A stretch of DNA of 64,000 nt, taken from the IMG/VR virus record IMGVR_UViG_3300034068_000734, positions 4,414 through 68,413 of that record; one strand, written 5' to 3'. The notes below the pieces were generated by a model. It was not told the DNA's origin, made no database searches, and saw nothing but the letters and a program-made list of their open reading frames with translations. Source of the stretch: a virus. Below are positions 18,451-28,998 of the stretch, in pieces (positions within the stretch are counted from its first letter, which is position 1; every line of letters starts with the position of its first letter). The translations under genes were made by a program, and so were the position numbers.

Positions 18451-18728
18451 GCGGCAACAAGCAGCGTTGCTCGTTCGGCTGGCAATTCGGCTTTGGAGAA
18501 GTCGCCGTCTTCGACCATGTCCGCATACAGCGAATAGACACTCTGGTACCGGACTTGAATCCCCTGAGAATGCAACTTCCCGATGGCTGTGCGCGTCACT
18601 GTCGCGCCGAAGGCCCGCGCTTCATCAGTTGGCGCTTCTGGCCAAAGTCTCCGGTGGTGGGTGATTTGGTGCATATGCCAGCGCGAAAGTATGGCTGCTC
18701 CATGCTGCCGATCGGTGTCGGTGCTCAC
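18429..18728 (-). CDS. Hypothetical protein
   Basis: Fills the gap between coupled genes. Confidence 0.4.
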   Translation of the reverse strand: MSTDTDRQHGAAILSRWHMHQITHHRRLWPEAPTDEARAFGATVTRTAIGKLHSQGIQVRYQSVYSLYADMVEDGDFSKAELPAERATLLVAAWIAEHT

Positions 18729-19027
18729 GTAGCCACCTCGTAAGGCTCCAGGACCGTCTCCCAGTCGGGGCACATGACCCCAGGCCAGAACACCAGCATG
18801 TAGTTGGGGCCCTGCGGTTCAATGATCGCGTCGCGGCCGAGCGTGTCGACGAGTTCGTCGCTGCCGATGACGCGGGCGATGGCGATTCCGAGTGCGACGA
18901 CCTTGTCCGTGTCGAGCATGATGCCGAAGCAGTGGCTGCGGTCCTCGTCGTAGCAGAGGGTGACGGCGTCCTTGCCGAGGCGCATCTCTTCGAGCAGTCC
19001 GTTGACGTGGTTGTTGCTGATGTTCAT
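18725..19027 (-). CDS. Hypothetical protein
   Basis: ATG after AAGGAG; normal codon usage. Confidence 0.6.
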   Translation of the reverse strand: MNISNNHVNGLLEEMRLGKDAVTLCYDEDRSHCFGIMLDTDKVVALGIAIARVIGSDELVDTLGRDAIIEPQGPNYMLVFWPGVMCPDWETVLEPYEVAT

Positions 19028-19145
19028 TGCTGGTCTCCTTGTTGTGGTGTTGTTGTGGTGTTGCGTTTGGTTCCGTGGGGACGGCGGCGCTTCCCTTCGC
19101 TTCAAGCCGCTCCGCTTCTGTCACGGCTTTCACCGCCCCCACGGG

Positions 19146-20429
19146 TCAGTGGGCCTCGGCGATCTCGCGGTCGGCTTCCATGAGGGACAGGGCGGTATCT
19201 GCGCCGATGTCCTCGAACCTGCGCAGCCCCGGCTCGAACCGGGCGTACCAGCGGGCCCCTGAGGTCCCGTGGCGGTTCTTCACGAGTGAGTACTCGTGGA
19301 CGCGGCTGACGTTCTTGTCCCGCTGGATGGTGACGAGGACGTCTGCGTCCTGCCCGAGTGCGTCTGACTGGGCGAGATGCTCAGGGGATGCGTCCCGGCT
19401 CCTTGCCCCTTCGCGGTTGACCTGCGCGGCCGACACGATGGGGATGGAATGCTCCAGGGCGACTTCCTTGAGCTGGTTGGAGATCATCGCCGCAGCCCGC
19501 CAGTCCTCGACTGCGCGCTGGCCGGTGGCCGAGCGCATGAGGCCTATGTAGTCAACGATTGCGATCGAGCCGTCCTCGTGGTTGGCCGCGATGACAGACG
19601 CATCAACGGGTCCACCTGTGGGGTCGGCTATGTCAACGCGACCGCACCTCCCAGCCCATTCGTCCATGAGCTCAGCGCGCTCCGACTTGCCGAGGTCCTC
19701 CCACACTCCGTGGTAGGCATCGCGCAGGGCAATCATGTGGAGCCGATCGACGACTTCCCTCGTGCTCATCTCCAGGCTGTAGAACTTCACGTTCCAGCCG
19801 GCCTCCGCTGCTGCGACGGCGATAGTGAGGAGCTTCCAGCTCTTCCCCACTCCGAGGCGTGCCGCGATATACCAGAGGTTGCCGGGGGCGATGCCTCCAG
19901 TGAGGCGGGTGAGGCGGCCATCACCACCGAGATCCACTGGTACCCGGGAGAGGCGTGCATCCACGTCGAGGATGTCGTAGTCGGTGATGGAACTGGACTT
20001 CGAAGTGCCGATCACGTACCTGCCAAGGCCTTGCATGAGCCGCTGGTAGGCCTCGTAGGTGTCGGCATCCGGATCACCGACTTCAGTGAGGTAGTCGCTG
20101 ACCTCCCTACGGGTTCCGCGGAAGTTCCATGCCCTGATGAGGTTCGCTGCTGCCCAGTACGGGTCCTGGTTGACCATGTAGGCGAATGCCGGGTACTTGC
20201 GGCGTACCAGCCCGAGGTCAGGTGCCCTGCCTGCGCGTGCCTGGTGGTCGAGGCAGAAGTTGTGGATCTGCCTGGTGGTCATGATGTGGTGGTCGAGGAC
20301 TTTGTATGTCTCCGGCGAGTACTGGCCGCAGTCGATGAGTGCCGAGATGAGGAGTGATTCCGGGATGAGGTGCTTGTCCCGCTCTTCCTTGATGTCGTAG
20401 ACGTTGTCGTCGTAGATTGAAAGTGTCAC
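19146..20429 (-). CDS. dnaB: DnaB-like replicative helicase
   Basis: ARLGVGKS, SLEMS, IVDYIGLM, AAQVNR, QDADV, KNRHG. Confidence 0.95.
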   Translation of the reverse strand: MTLSIYDDNVYDIKEERDKHLIPESLLISALIDCGQYSPETYKVLDHHIMTTRQIHNFCLDHQARAGRAPDLGLVRRKYPAFAYMVNQDPYWAAANLIRAWNFRGTRREVSDYLTEVGDPDADTYEAYQRLMQGLGRYVIGTSKSSSITDYDILDVDARLSRVPVDLGGDGRLTRLTGGIAPGNLWYIAARLGVGKSWKLLTIAVAAAEAGWNVKFYSLEMSTREVVDRLHMIALRDAYHGVWEDLGKSERAELMDEWAGRCGRVDIADPTGGPVDASVIAANHEDGSIAIVDYIGLMRSATGQRAVEDWRAAAMISNQLKEVALEHSIPIVSAAQVNREGARSRDASPEHLAQSDALGQDADVLVTIQRDKNVSRVHEYSLVKNRHGTSGARWYARFEPGLRRFEDIGADTALSLMEADREIAEAH

Positions 20430-20566
20430 GCAGGTCTCCGTTCGCCAGTGTGCATTCGGTGGTAGTGGGTGGGTTGATCAGTCTGTCTCATAACTGCTGT
20501 GAATGTCTCAAGGACATGCATTTTGATTGCTGATTTGCTGCACGCGATGCTGCCGGGGCATGAGAA

Positions 20567-20593
20567 AAGCCCCCGGAGGATCTCCGAGGGCTT
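20567..20593 (-). terminator. Hairpin with T-tract on the minus strand
   Basis: Minus strand AAGCCCTCGGAG-ATC-CTCCGGGGGCTT followed by TTCT. Confidence 0.5.
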
Positions 20594-20743
20594 GATCGGT
20601 TCGGCAAGACTCATATGCAAGCGGGCAGTATTGCCCTACCCACTAATGAGCATTCTACCGGGTGATGTTTCACTATGCAACGCTATGGTGCATTACCGTG
20701 CATATACCGGGGCAACAACAAGCATTGAAAGGCATTCAAGTGC

Positions 20744-20772
20744 TTGCGCTGCTTGACACAGGTGTGTAGACT
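20744..20772 (+). promoter_or_regulatory. SigA-type promoter at the arm divergence point
   Basis: TTGCGC-N17-TAGACT. Confidence 0.5.
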
Positions 20773-21134
20773 CAACACGTCACGTGGCGAAGTAGCAGGG
20801 CAATTTGCTCCTCGCCATGACGCAATCACACAGGGGAGAAGCACTCGTGTGCTCTTGAACCTGAGAGGCAGACCTTCCAGTAGCCAAGCGCCACCTGCCC
20901 TGGTGGTGAGGCGGGCAGTCTAAGGGGAAGCAGCTACAACTCCAGAAGCGTCAGACAGCAACATTCAACGCCTCCCGCGCAGAGCGCGTCCGGCGTCAAC
21001 AGCAACACTCGCATGCGTGATGGCGAACGACACCAACACGCATGCGACGAGCCACAGACACGCGCGCCACGCCCATGCCCTGACACACGCCAGAAACACC
21101 AAACGGCACCAAGAATGAATCACCGTGTGCCAGA

Positions 21135-21335
21135 ATGCAGCGCATGAGACTTACAAGTACATCGCTGCGCACGGAAAACAACGACCTCAGGCTCACCATC
21201 AAAAGCCTCGTCGCAGAAAACATCAACCTCACAGCCCGCAACGCCCGACTCGAACTCACCCTCGAATCAGGGCAGCGGGCTGCTTTTGCATTCCCGGCAA
21301 CCGTCAAGAAGAAGAAAGGGAAGACCAGCCCGTGA
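21135..21335 (+). CDS. Small coiled-coil protein
   Basis: Leucine heptads; GTGA-coupled to the next gene. Confidence 0.5.
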   Translation: MQRMRLTSTSLRTENNDLRLTIKSLVAENINLTARNARLELTLESGQRAAFAFPATVKKKKGKTSP

Positions 21336-21682
21336 CAACCAGACAGGCCCACACCCTTCACCGCATCAGCGACCCAGTCACCTCCCGGCAGGCAGCGCAC
21401 GCCCTCGACACCACCAGCATGCGCGCAGCACTCCTCGCCGTATTCGCATGCAGCGCCGCAGGACTCACCAGCGAGGAAGCATCCACCCTCGCCGGATACG
21501 GTGCAGGAGCAGGCCCCTGGAAGCGCGTGTCAGACCTCGAATACGAGCAGCTCATCGAACGCGCCAAGACATCAGACGGCAAAGACAAGGTCCGCACAGC
21601 CGCATCAGGAAGAGCACAACTCGTTCGGGTTATCACCAGCGCCGGCATGGCAGAACACGCCTACCTGGGCAAGGCCTGCTGA
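21332..21682 (+). CDS. Winged-HTH-like protein
   Basis: RISDPVTSRQAA...GLTSEEA...KRVSDL...SGRAQLV. Confidence 0.6.
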   Translation: MTTRQAHTLHRISDPVTSRQAAHALDTTSMRAALLAVFACSAAGLTSEEASTLAGYGAGAGPWKRVSDLEYEQLIERAKTSDGKDKVRTAASGRAQLVRVITSAGMAEHAYLGKAC

Positions 21683-22210
21683 TGGCTGTCATCGGCTCAG
21701 TCATCACCATCGACGGTGAACGCCTCATGCTGTGGTGCGAGGCACCAGCCCAAGGACAGTGGTGGGCACGCAGACAGGACGGGAAGACCACGGCACTCGT
21801 ACGCAAATCCAAGGCCAAAGACACCGCTGGATCATGGGTGTGGGCATGAAGCCGTGCGACTGCCAGGCGCAGAACCCCGTCTTGGGCAAGCCGTACCTCG
21901 TCGCGCACCTCATCGCCACACAGCTCCACAAGCAAGGAATGCGGCAAGTCAAATGCCCGAACTGCCACCTGTTCACTGTATGGACTGACAAGAAGACGAC
22001 ATGAGCTTCGACCCAAATGAGAAACGTCCAAAGCATTGCTGGGTGCTGCGCACAAATGGCATCCACATCATGTACGCGTGCGCTCACTGCAAGTTCAATC
22101 CCCGGCAACGGATGTGGCCATTCACGCCTGATGAGCATGTCAAAGTGGTCCAGTCGCTAGAGCAGCATTCGACGCACTGCTGGTTTGTGCGACACAAGGT
22201 GGCAATATGA
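21682..22210 (+). CDS. Three small coupled ORFs (21682-21849, 21846-22004, 22001-22210)
   Basis: ATGA-type overlaps; CxxC motifs in the last two. Confidence 0.5.
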
Positions 22211-23763
22211 CCGCGGAACTCACGAGGACCACACTCAGCCTCGACGACGACGGCAACCGCATCTACCCCAAGCTGCAACTGTCCCGGCCCCCAGCGAACC
22301 CTGAAGAACTCTGGTGGCTGGTCAAAGCACTATGGAACGTGGAGATCCCTCGGGTGAAAGTGTGCCCGGATCACGTCGCCCCATTCGACGCCTTCTCGGA
22401 AGGCTACTTCGGCAATGAGAACAACTTCTGCCTCTGGTACGGGTCACGCGGAACTGGCAAAAGTTACATGCTCGCGCTCCTCGCCGTCACCAAGAGCATG
22501 GTGCAGGAGACGAACACCGTCCTCCTCGGCGGATCAATGGCTCAGGCCGCGAACGTCCAAGAGCACATCGAGAACATGCTCCTCACCCCAGGCGCACCCA
22601 CATGGGCGGTCGCACGCCAGATCCAGACGGAGATCACGTTCAATGGCGGCAACTGGATCAGGCCACTTCCCGCATCGCAGAAGACCGTCCGAGGACCCCA
22701 CCCTTCGAATACGTTCCTGGACGAGATCGATGAGATGGACGAGAAGGTGTACGACGCCGCCATGGGGCAGGCGATGGCGAAGCCGAACGTACGCGGCATC
22801 GTCATCCCGGAGATGGTCGTTGCCTCCAGCACGTGGCAGAACCCGGTCGGGAACTTCTCACGGGTGCTCGGCATGTGCCGGGACAAGGGGCTGCCAGTCC
22901 GAACGTGGTGTTTTCAAGAAGTTTTGAGGACGGAGTCGAACCCGACTGGGTGGATGGACCCGGCCTTCATCGAGCGTAAGCGTGCCTCCGTCCCCGCCGA
23001 GCTGTTCCGCGTCGAATACGAACTGGGCGAGCCAGCAGGAGGATCGAGGGCATTCGACCTGGTCTTGTTGAACAAGGCCTTCACGCAGATGGACACTGTC
23101 AGCGAACGCCATAGTTCCGATGACGACGAATGGGTGTTCGAGGAGCCGCAGGCAACCGGCTGGTATGCGATCGGCGCTGACTGGGCGAAGGAGAAGGACA
23201 AGACGGTCATCGTCGTGGCCAGGGTGGACGAGAAGCCGTGGAGGATCGTGTACCTGCGGGCAGTGAACAGGAAGCCGTACCCGGAGATGGCGGCAATGTT
23301 CAACGACGCCCTCATGAAGTATCAGGCGGTCGCCGCCCATGACGGCACGGGTATCGGCAACGTCATCAACGACTACATCGATGAGCGGGCCCACAAGGTG
23401 CTGATGGTGGGCAGGGGCCGGACGGAACTGCTCGTGGACTACATCAACGCGGTGGAGAAGGGCGTGTACCGGCTTCCGGCGAACACCCCGGCATTCGACG
23501 CGCACAAGGGCACGACAGTGGATGAGGTGTACGCGCCGGGGAAGTGGAACAGCCACTTGTCGGATTTCGTGGCGGCGTTCTCGATCATGCACAACGCGGC
23601 AACGAAGCAGGCCCCTGCGGCTGCCGGTGAGGGCGTGAAGAAGACGGCGTACGTGTCCCGGTCGCAGCGTGACCTGGAGTACGGGCCACAGGAGACGGTG
23701 ATCGCAGTGATGGGTGACGTGCGGATGGTTGAGGGGGATTTCAACCCGTACTTGGTTACGTAG
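22207..23763 (+). CDS. terL: Terminase large subunit
   Basis: GSRGTGKS Walker A, FLDEIDE Walker B, IGADWAK nuclease motif, HDGTGIG. Confidence 0.93.
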   Translation: MTAELTRTTLSLDDDGNRIYPKLQLSRPPANPEELWWLVKALWNVEIPRVKVCPDHVAPFDAFSEGYFGNENNFCLWYGSRGTGKSYMLALLAVTKSMVQETNTVLLGGSMAQAANVQEHIENMLLTPGAPTWAVARQIQTEITFNGGNWIRPLPASQKTVRGPHPSNTFLDEIDEMDEKVYDAAMGQAMAKPNVRGIVIPEMVVASSTWQNPVGNFSRVLGMCRDKGLPVRTWCFQEVLRTESNPTGWMDPAFIERKRASVPAELFRVEYELGEPAGGSRAFDLVLLNKAFTQMDTVSERHSSDDDEWVFEEPQATGWYAIGADWAKEKDKTVIVVARVDEKPWRIVYLRAVNRKPYPEMAAMFNDALMKYQAVAAHDGTGIGNVINDYIDERAHKVLMVGRGRTELLVDYINAVEKGVYRLPANTPAFDAHKGTTVDEVYAPGKWNSHLSDFVAAFSIMHNAATKQAPAAAGEGVKKTAYVSRSQRDLEYGPQETVIAVMGDVRMVEGDFNPYLVT

Positions 23764-23831
23764 GCAGCGATGCCTGCATTGGCGCATTTTGGGGCATAGA
23801 CTCGGAGCATTCTGATCCAAGGAGTCTGTCA

Positions 23832-25421
23832 GTGAACCAGAAGATGAGTGCGGAGCAGGCAGCGACCAGTGGCACGCTGCTGGGCGAGCCGTACAAGCCA
23901 CCGGACCGCACGGGCACGTTCGACGTGCCGTCGTATGACGATGTCGCGGACTTGAACCAGTTGTTCAAGCGGTTCGCGAACACGGCGGTCGCCAATGGCG
24001 GCGACACGATGATCGGCGTCTACAACATTGCAGGGTCGTTGTACGTGAACGGCCAGCCGTTGAACCCGGCAGACGCGTACACACTGGTTGACAAGACGGC
24101 GTCATTCACGGTCGTGATCCAAGACGTTCTGGCTCAGTCACGCTTCATGTGCTCCTCGGCAACGGACATGGCCGTTGCGATGCCTGCGGACGGCACGACG
24201 TTGCCTGACGGCGCTCGGGTGACAATCGTCCAGGCGGGCAAGGGCAAGGTGACGGTCACCGGCTTAAACGTCATCGGCTCACAGAAGACCGGCGGCCAGT
24301 ATTCGACGCTTGAGGTGATGTGGCACGCAGGGAACTGGTGGTGCCTGTCTTCCGGCTCTGGTGGTGGCGGGGGCGGCACGGGAACCCCATCGGCTCCGAT
24401 CATCGCGTTCAACGAGGACTTCACCGAGGTGACGTGGGTGCCGGTGAACGACGGCACGGCTGGCGTAACGATCGGTTACGGGGTGCTGGCGAACCCGCCT
24501 GACATCAGGTATCGGATCCTGCAACCGACAACCGAAGGGTCGCCGGTCATCATGGAGATCGACCGGGTCACTGGTGGCACGGATGTCACGATCGAGGTGT
24601 GGGCGGTGAACTCGGCCGGGCGTGGCGAGTCATCGAACTCGCTGTCCCACACGTACCCGGCAGTCACGGCTACGGCGCTCACGGGTGCTTCCGGTGCCGG
24701 TTCGGTCACCTTGAACTGGAATGACGTGCCTGGCGTGACGGAATGGGATCTTGAATGGCGTGCGTCAGGCGACACGGTGTGGTCGTTGGTCCCCGACATC
24801 CCGAAGACGCTCTTCTCCTACACGGTAACTGAACTGCTGGAGAAGCCGTACCAGTTCAGGGTGTTCGCTGTGGTTGGATCGTCGTTCTCTGCTGCGTCGA
24901 ACATCGCGGTTGTCACCCCTGGGCCTGCTGTTCCTCCGGTGGGGCCTGTGCTGTCCCATGATCCTGACACCGTCGGTAAATGGACGATCACGAACTTTGA
25001 CGCGCAGCTCACGTACAGCGTGACTGTCGACGATGGGCCTGTGCCGATCTTGAGCGGCAACAAGATGACGGTGTACGACACGCAGCAGCAGTTCACTGTG
25101 TCTGTTCGACGTGGTGCCGGGTTGCCTGCGAACACGACGGCGCAATGCACGCCGTACACGTACCCGTACACAGGTGGCTACTACCAGTGCACGAATCAGA
25201 CGTATGACGAATGCGATGGCAATTCAGGGTACTGCCCGTGTGGGACTTGGCACCAGAGCGAGGGGTCATGCGCTGGCTGGGTGTGTCATGCCGGGTATGA
25301 CGTGCCCGGCTATTACTCGATCGGCGGTGGTGGTGCCGGTTGGACTGCTTCCTCTAATTCCGGTGCGACGTTCGGTTCACCCCCGAGCCCTCCGCCCGGG
25401 GAATGGTACCGGGTGCTGTGA
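23832..25421 (+). CDS. FN3-containing virion fibre/structural protein with Cys-rich tip
   Basis: IVQAGKGKVTV fibre motif, two FN3 repeats, Cys/Gly/Tyr-rich C-terminus. Confidence 0.7.
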   Translation: MNQKMSAEQAATSGTLLGEPYKPPDRTGTFDVPSYDDVADLNQLFKRFANTAVANGGDTMIGVYNIAGSLYVNGQPLNPADAYTLVDKTASFTVVIQDVLAQSRFMCSSATDMAVAMPADGTTLPDGARVTIVQAGKGKVTVTGLNVIGSQKTGGQYSTLEVMWHAGNWWCLSSGSGGGGGGTGTPSAPIIAFNEDFTEVTWVPVNDGTAGVTIGYGVLANPPDIRYRILQPTTEGSPVIMEIDRVTGGTDVTIEVWAVNSAGRGESSNSLSHTYPAVTATALTGASGAGSVTLNWNDVPGVTEWDLEWRASGDTVWSLVPDIPKTLFSYTVTELLEKPYQFRVFAVVGSSFSAASNIAVVTPGPAVPPVGPVLSHDPDTVGKWTITNFDAQLTYSVTVDDGPVPILSGNKMTVYDTQQQFTVSVRRGAGLPANTTAQCTPYTYPYTGGYYQCTNQTYDECDGNSGYCPCGTWHQSEGSCAGWVCHAGYDVPGYYSIGGGGAGWTASSNSGATFGSPPSPPPGEWYRVL

Positions 25422-26050
25422 TGGAGTACGAGGTTGAGCAGGGCAATGCGATCGACATCGTCTGGGAACTTCCGGGTGTCGAGGATCTCCCGGACGGGAA
25501 CATCACCCTCGATACAGTGAAGTCTTCGTTGACGCTCGCGTTTCCTGATGGGTCAGTGCGGGTATTGAGGCTGATGCGCGATGTCGTCATTCAGAGGGAA
25601 CTTCCGTCGATGAAGGTCACGGCGCTCCTTCGTAAGGACGACACATCCGACTGGCCGATTGGCGACATCGGGTACGTGGCGGATTTTCTGCTCAAGGACG
25701 GGGCCGTGAGCAATCATGATGTCGGCACGATTTCGGTACTGCCATTGACGGGGAAGTTGAAAGCCAAGCCCGTGCGGCCGTGGAATCTGCTGAATCCATT
25801 GGAGATGCGGGTGTCCGCGGAGGAGCAGGCAGAGCGTCTTGCCGTGTGCAAGGGATGCCCAAGTTTGAAGAAGGGCGTCTGCGTTGAGTGCGGTTGCGTG
25901 ATGAAATTGAAGTCGAAACTGGCCCGCGCCGCGTGCCCGAAGGGCTTGTGGGGTATGAGCGACAGCCCTATCCCGAATGAGGATGTCGGATCATTCAATG
26001 CGGAGCGTGAGCGAATCTTCGCGGAGCGGTTCCCTGACGACACGCCCTGA
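25421..26050 (+). CDS. Protein with C-terminal DUF6171-like Cys cluster
   Basis: ERLAVCKGCP...CVECGCVMKLKSKL...CPKGLW. Confidence 0.65.
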   Translation: MEYEVEQGNAIDIVWELPGVEDLPDGNITLDTVKSSLTLAFPDGSVRVLRLMRDVVIQRELPSMKVTALLRKDDTSDWPIGDIGYVADFLLKDGAVSNHDVGTISVLPLTGKLKAKPVRPWNLLNPLEMRVSAEEQAERLAVCKGCPSLKKGVCVECGCVMKLKSKLARAACPKGLWGMSDSPIPNEDVGSFNAERERIFAERFPDDTP

Positions 26051-26146
26051 ATCTGATGCCTCATAGTGTGGTGCGTGGGGCATTATGAGGCGTTAGTGTA
26101 GGTGGAGAGCAGCCTTCTGCTGCATCTAGCCTCAAAGGAGCCCCAC

Positions 26147-27151
26147 ATGAGCATCGGCATGGGCATCACAAGCCTTGAAGGCCAGTGGCCGTACAACGTC
26201 ACCTGGTCGCGTATCTGGGATATCGGCTGCCATTGGGGTGCGATCAACACCGCGAAGGGCGTGTACGACTGGACGAAACTTGATGCCGTCGTGGATCGCA
26301 TGATCGGTCAGGGCATGCGCATTATCTACACGATCGGTGGCGCACCGCAATGGAACTCGTCGAACCCGAACTCGACAACGTACGCCCCATGGCTGGGCAA
26401 GGGATCAAATGGCCTGCCAGCGGATCAGAATGAGTTCAACGCGTTCTGCTACGCCCTTGTCACCCGGTACAAGGGATGGATTAGCGCGTACGAGATGTGG
26501 AATGAGCCGCAGCTCATCGAGTTCCTTGACCCGTACACGCCTGCGAACACGGACATTCTCGCGCAGATGACGAAGCGGTTCTACACGAACGCGAAACTGT
26601 GGGACCCGGATTGCCTGGTGCTTGGCGCACCGATCCTGCCTAGGCCGACGTCCGGTGGGATGAAGAAGGCAACGACGTACCTGACATCCATGCAGACGAA
26701 GGGCTGGAACGTCGATTACATGACGTGCCACATCTACCCGAAGACGGGTGAGGGTGATCAGTGGACACCGTATTTGAATGATGTACGGGCGAAACTGGTG
26801 GAGATGGGCGCACCGAAGCCTCGTGTGCCGTGGGTGACGGAGACGATGTTCAACCTCCTCGGGGATGACCCGGGCGATGCGGCGATCGCGGCGTGGACGA
26901 AGGCCGCGTATGACGGGGCGAAGACCGCTGGCGTGTCGGTGATCGTCTGGTATGCGTGGAACCGCCCTGACTTGAAGGGGCCGTGGATCTTCACTGGCAC
27001 CCAGCAGTGGGATGACATTCAACGGTATGGCCCAACTCTCGCAGAATTCGATGACGACCTGTCGTTCATCGACGACGCGTGGGCTGCTGTTGTGGAGTGG
27101 GCGCAGGACGCGTGGAGCGCGACGGGACGTTGGCTGCGCCGCATCTTTTGA
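26147..27151 (+). CDS. Clan GH-A glycoside hydrolase (GH5/GH39-like)
   Basis: RIWDIGCHW, YDWTKLD, YEMWNEP (acid/base) and WVTE (nucleophile). Confidence 0.85.
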   Translation: MSIGMGITSLEGQWPYNVTWSRIWDIGCHWGAINTAKGVYDWTKLDAVVDRMIGQGMRIIYTIGGAPQWNSSNPNSTTYAPWLGKGSNGLPADQNEFNAFCYALVTRYKGWISAYEMWNEPQLIEFLDPYTPANTDILAQMTKRFYTNAKLWDPDCLVLGAPILPRPTSGGMKKATTYLTSMQTKGWNVDYMTCHIYPKTGEGDQWTPYLNDVRAKLVEMGAPKPRVPWVTETMFNLLGDDPGDAAIAAWTKAAYDGAKTAGVSVIVWYAWNRPDLKGPWIFTGTQQWDDIQRYGPTLAEFDDDLSFIDDAWAAVVEWAQDAWSATGRWLRRIF

Positions 27152-27261
27152 TGCATCAATATGCGCATTGTTAGGCATCCTGAGGCATTAGGCTGTTCAC
27201 CGGAGACCAATCCCCCTGTCGCTTGTTCACGACGCCCACGGGCCCTCTGGAGGAATCTGCC

Positions 27262-28998
27262 ATGCACAACCTTGAAACGATTGTCGGGGCCGAGCGAGTC
27301 TTGCAGGACATCTCCGGCGCGTACACGCTGGCCAACTATGACAACAACAAGTACATGCAGGCCACCGCTGAAACGGTGATCACGGTTCCGAACGGGACCG
27401 TTGACTGGCGGGGCAGCAGCGGGACGACGTATTACGTGTTCGCGGTCGGCGGTTCGGTGACGTGGGTGTTTGACCCCAGTCAGTCGTTCGTTGCTGCTCA
27501 AGGCTTGACCTGTACGCAGGGCGGATACACGACGGCCTACAACTATGCACCGAACATGTGGATGGTGTTCCAGCCGTCGCAGGTCGGTTCCGGCAAGCCG
27601 GGCCCTGATGGTCCCGTTGGTCCGGTCGGCCCTGGTGGCCCTGCCGGTAAGGATGGCACGCCGGGTACGCCTGGCACTCCAGGTCGTGATGGGCAGCAGG
27701 GCCCGACTGGGCCCCAAGGCTCCGTTGGTCCAGCGGGCGTTGCAGGCAAGGATGGGAAGAGCTTCGAGATCAAGGGCTTCTACGACACGCTGGCACAGTT
27801 GAAGGCTGCCCGGCCGGTGGGTGTGGCTGGCGACTGCTACCTCGTCGGTTCGCCGGGGCATTTGTTCACATGGGATCTCACTGACACCCAGTGGCAGGAT
27901 TCTGGCGTTGTCGAGGGTCCTGCCGGGCCTACCGGTCCTCTTGGTCCGCAGGGGCCGATTGGTTCGCAGGGCGATCAGGGCATTCAGGGCGTGAAGGGCG
28001 ATACCGGCCCGGTTGGCCCTCCCGGTCCCGGCGGTGGCGGTTCGAGCCTCATCACTGTTGTGGTGAAGTCCGGCGACTACACAGTGAAGTCTGATGACCT
28101 CGCGACGTTGTTCGTGGCCCACGAGAAGCCGCTTACGGTGTGGCTGCCGTCTTCTGCTGAGTCGGCGATGCCGGTCGGCACGTGGGTTGAGATCACTGAC
28201 GAGGATGTCGTTGACGACCAGACGGTTGCCCGGTTCTATCCGACGGCGAACGCACGGATCATCGCACCGTTGGGGAACGTGGCGGGCGCGTCCGGTCAGT
28301 CGATTCGTGCGATCAAGGTCGATGAAGACTCGTGGCTCATCAATGGCTTGACGAAGATCGACGCGAACCCGCCTGCCCCGAGGCCGTTCGCTCATTTCGG
28401 CGGAGGCACTGGCGTTGGGCCCGACGGCAAGCCGCTTCCGGATGTGCTGCAACTGGACTGGACGATTGACCAGCTCGGTGTGGTGTCCCAGTTCTTGGAG
28501 GTGTTCCTTCCTGACCAGACTCCTGTGTGGTCCGGGAGTGCCGCCCCTGGCGTATCCCAGTTTGTGAGCACGCAGTACCAGTTCCCAGCGTGGACGAAGT
28601 TCTTGGCTCGGGTGACGGTCACCGATAAGCAGGGCCGGGTGTCGCAGCGTGTGTCGAGCGCGTTCTACGCAATGGGGAAGCCGACGATGGCGACTCCTGA
28701 TCAGCCGTACGGGTACAAGTCGACGGTGAATCAGTTCCAGTCGTACTCAGTTCCTGCGAATGGGGCGATCAAGGAGCAGATGCCTGATCGCGGGTTCTTC
28801 GAGAGCCACGCGGAAGTGAAGATGGATGGTTTCGATTCGTGGGTGTCGTCCAACACGGAGACGGGCCGGTATTACGCCACTCCACTGATCGTGAATTACC
28901 CGAATCCTGTGTCGAAGGGCACGGCCCGTGAAGCCCGGTATGTCGCCAAGAACGATTTCGGCACGACGATCTCGACGTTCTTCATCACCCCGGCGTGA
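27262..28998 (+). CDS. Collagen-like fibre protein
   Basis: Two G-X-Y tracts separated by the IKGFYDTLAQL...GDCYLV knob motif. Confidence 0.85.
   Translation: MHNLETIVGAERVLQDISGAYTLANYDNNKYMQATAETVITVPNGTVDWRGSSGTTYYVFAVGGSVTWVFDPSQSFVAAQGLTCTQGGYTTAYNYAPNMWMVFQPSQVGSGKPGPDGPVGPVGPGGPAGKDGTPGTPGTPGRDGQQGPTGPQGSVGPAGVAGKDGKSFEIKGFYDTLAQLKAARPVGVAGDCYLVGSPGHLFTWDLTDTQWQDSGVVEGPAGPTGPLGPQGPIGSQGDQGIQGVKGDTGPVGPPGPGGGGSSLITVVVKSGDYTVKSDDLATLFVAHEKPLTVWLPSSAESAMPVGTWVEITDEDVVDDQTVARFYPTANARIIAPLGNVAGASGQSIRAIKVDEDSWLINGLTKIDANPPAPRPFAHFGGGTGVGPDGKPLPDVLQLDWTIDQLGVVSQFLEVFLPDQTPVWSGSAAPGVSQFVSTQYQFPAWTKFLARVTVTDKQGRVSQRVSSAFYAMGKPTMATPDQPYGYKSTVNQFQSYSVPANGAIKEQMPDRGFFESHAEVKMDGFDSWVSSNTETGRYYATPLIVNYPNPVSKGTAREARYVAKNDFGTTISTFFITPA

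Noticed and set aside
20753-20772. TTGACA as the -35 for TAGACT
   Set aside because: The spacer is only 8 nt; TTGCGC at 17 nt fits instead.
13220-23763. Inteins or introns in DnaE, DnaB or TerL
   Set aside because: Lengths are normal or compact, motifs are contiguous, and no intein ends or LAGLIDADG blocks are seen.
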